DNA of 64,000 bases from NCBI GenBank assembly GCA_976226885.1, contig OZ320321.1:21576001-21640000 (forward strand), written 5' to 3'. A program made the translations under genes and the position numbers. This document shows positions 62,798 through 64,000 of the stretch, one piece after another. This DNA comes from Iphione sp. A-MEVVRFRX5. Taxonomy: Eukaryota. The notes beneath the pieces are model-generated. The model did no database searches. It saw only the letters and a program-made list of their open reading frames with translations, and was not told where the DNA came from. Every line of letters begins with the position of its first letter. Within the stretch, counting starts at the first letter, position 1.

Positions 62798-64000
62798 TAT
62801 ATATACTTATTATTGTACATATTATCCATACATACTACAATTCCATCAATCTGATCAAGCATGAGACTGATCAGTTTAGGTCTGTGACATAAATCCTTCA
62901 AAGGTATACATGCGATTCAAAGGCCGTGGTCTTTGACAGTTTGGTTCGCCTTTCAATAGATTTAAAGAGATATGGAGACAGAAAGAGGAAGGAACAAACA
63001 GAGAGAGCGTAAAAGTATATACTTGAAAGCACAGCATCAATTCGGTTGTCTTCGAAAAACGTAATGTGGAAAGATAAATTGCTAATTGGACACTGCCTAA
63101 AAAAGGTTATTAAAATCGTGTATCATTTCAATCAGAGATGACATTGATTCTTTTTGTGAAAAAAATTTGCATTTAAAGGAAAATTTCTTCCCGGAGTGCT
63201 GGTGCTTGACTCGAGACATAATCGAAACGGAACGAAATCCAAATTTTCAAAAAAATGCATATTTGCTTGCAGTACTACACCAATATTACGTACATGTATC
63301 TAGACTTCAATTTTATCCTAACAGGGATATGACGATTGTGATATTCGTCATGATTTTAGTAATAAATAGACTATGAATTAATAGTGATGATTAGAAAGTG
63401 AAAAAGTAAACACTCTGATATTCAAATAATTCTCATCACTGTTAATGTAAATAAAGAGACGAATAGCCGTGATAGAATCTAGCACAAAATAAACACAGTA
63501 AACACCCAAACGCCCCAAGCTATAATTGGTACCTACACCAACCAATATTGTACCAACAGTAGCCATTGGCACATGGCTAAGATTGGCACGTTATGGCGGC
63601 TGGACTGGCTCCTTTGGGACACCAGGACCCTACTCATACATGCAAGCAGCAATAAATGTTGATGGGAATGGGGGTCTCTCAAGGTTAAGTCATCATGCCC
63701 CTTAATGAATCGGAATGAAAAACTCAATCAGGCTACAAAACACAGACGGCGCCCTTACACGGGGACTTCCTCCCCTTCCCCTGCCCCCCTGCTCCCCCCG
63801 CCACACACACTCACACCACTAACATCAAGCACACTCTATTAAGATGGGCCAATGAAATATTCATCTTTCAAGCTGTGTTTGTTGTTAATAAAACATGCAC
63901 TTTTCTTTCCCTACTTCTATCCCGTTTCTGCTTGGGTCGCCTGGAGTCCGGTGAATACGGATATGTTGTGTAAACTGGAGACAGCCTGGTTCTTTTATGG

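Noticed and set aside
1-64000. tRNA, rRNA, snRNA genes, CRISPR arrays, prokaryotic operons, and the remaining 60-120 aa ORFs in the track
   Set aside because: No cloverleaf, rRNA or repeat-spacer patterns were seen. The short ORFs have lengths expected by chance and no domain motifs.

Overview
AT-rich, microsatellite-bearing animal (probably invertebrate) nuclear DNA. It is mostly intronic or intergenic, with many decayed non-LTR retrotransposon fragments, a few MITEs and several CpG-rich promoter-like patches. No host gene could be named. The dominant feature is one apparently intact CR1/L2-group LINE on the minus strand (about 1675-8520) with three open frames instead of the usual two. (i) ORF1 has a coiled coil, an L1-like RRM/CTD region and a C-terminal NADAR (YbiA/DUF1768) domain. 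(ii) A free-standing SGNH/GDSL-hydrolase-like ORF follows. (iii) ORF2 is a 929-aa APE endonuclease plus reverse transcriptase, followed by a roughly 1-kb 3' UTR and an (ATTCA)5 tail. A consensus splice donor just upstream of ORF1 and branch-point/AG acceptors just upstream of the SGNH ORF and ORF2 suggest expression from spliced subgenomic RNAs; one splice puts the 5'-most ATG in frame with ORF2. All family calls come from motif recognition by eye; no database searches were run.
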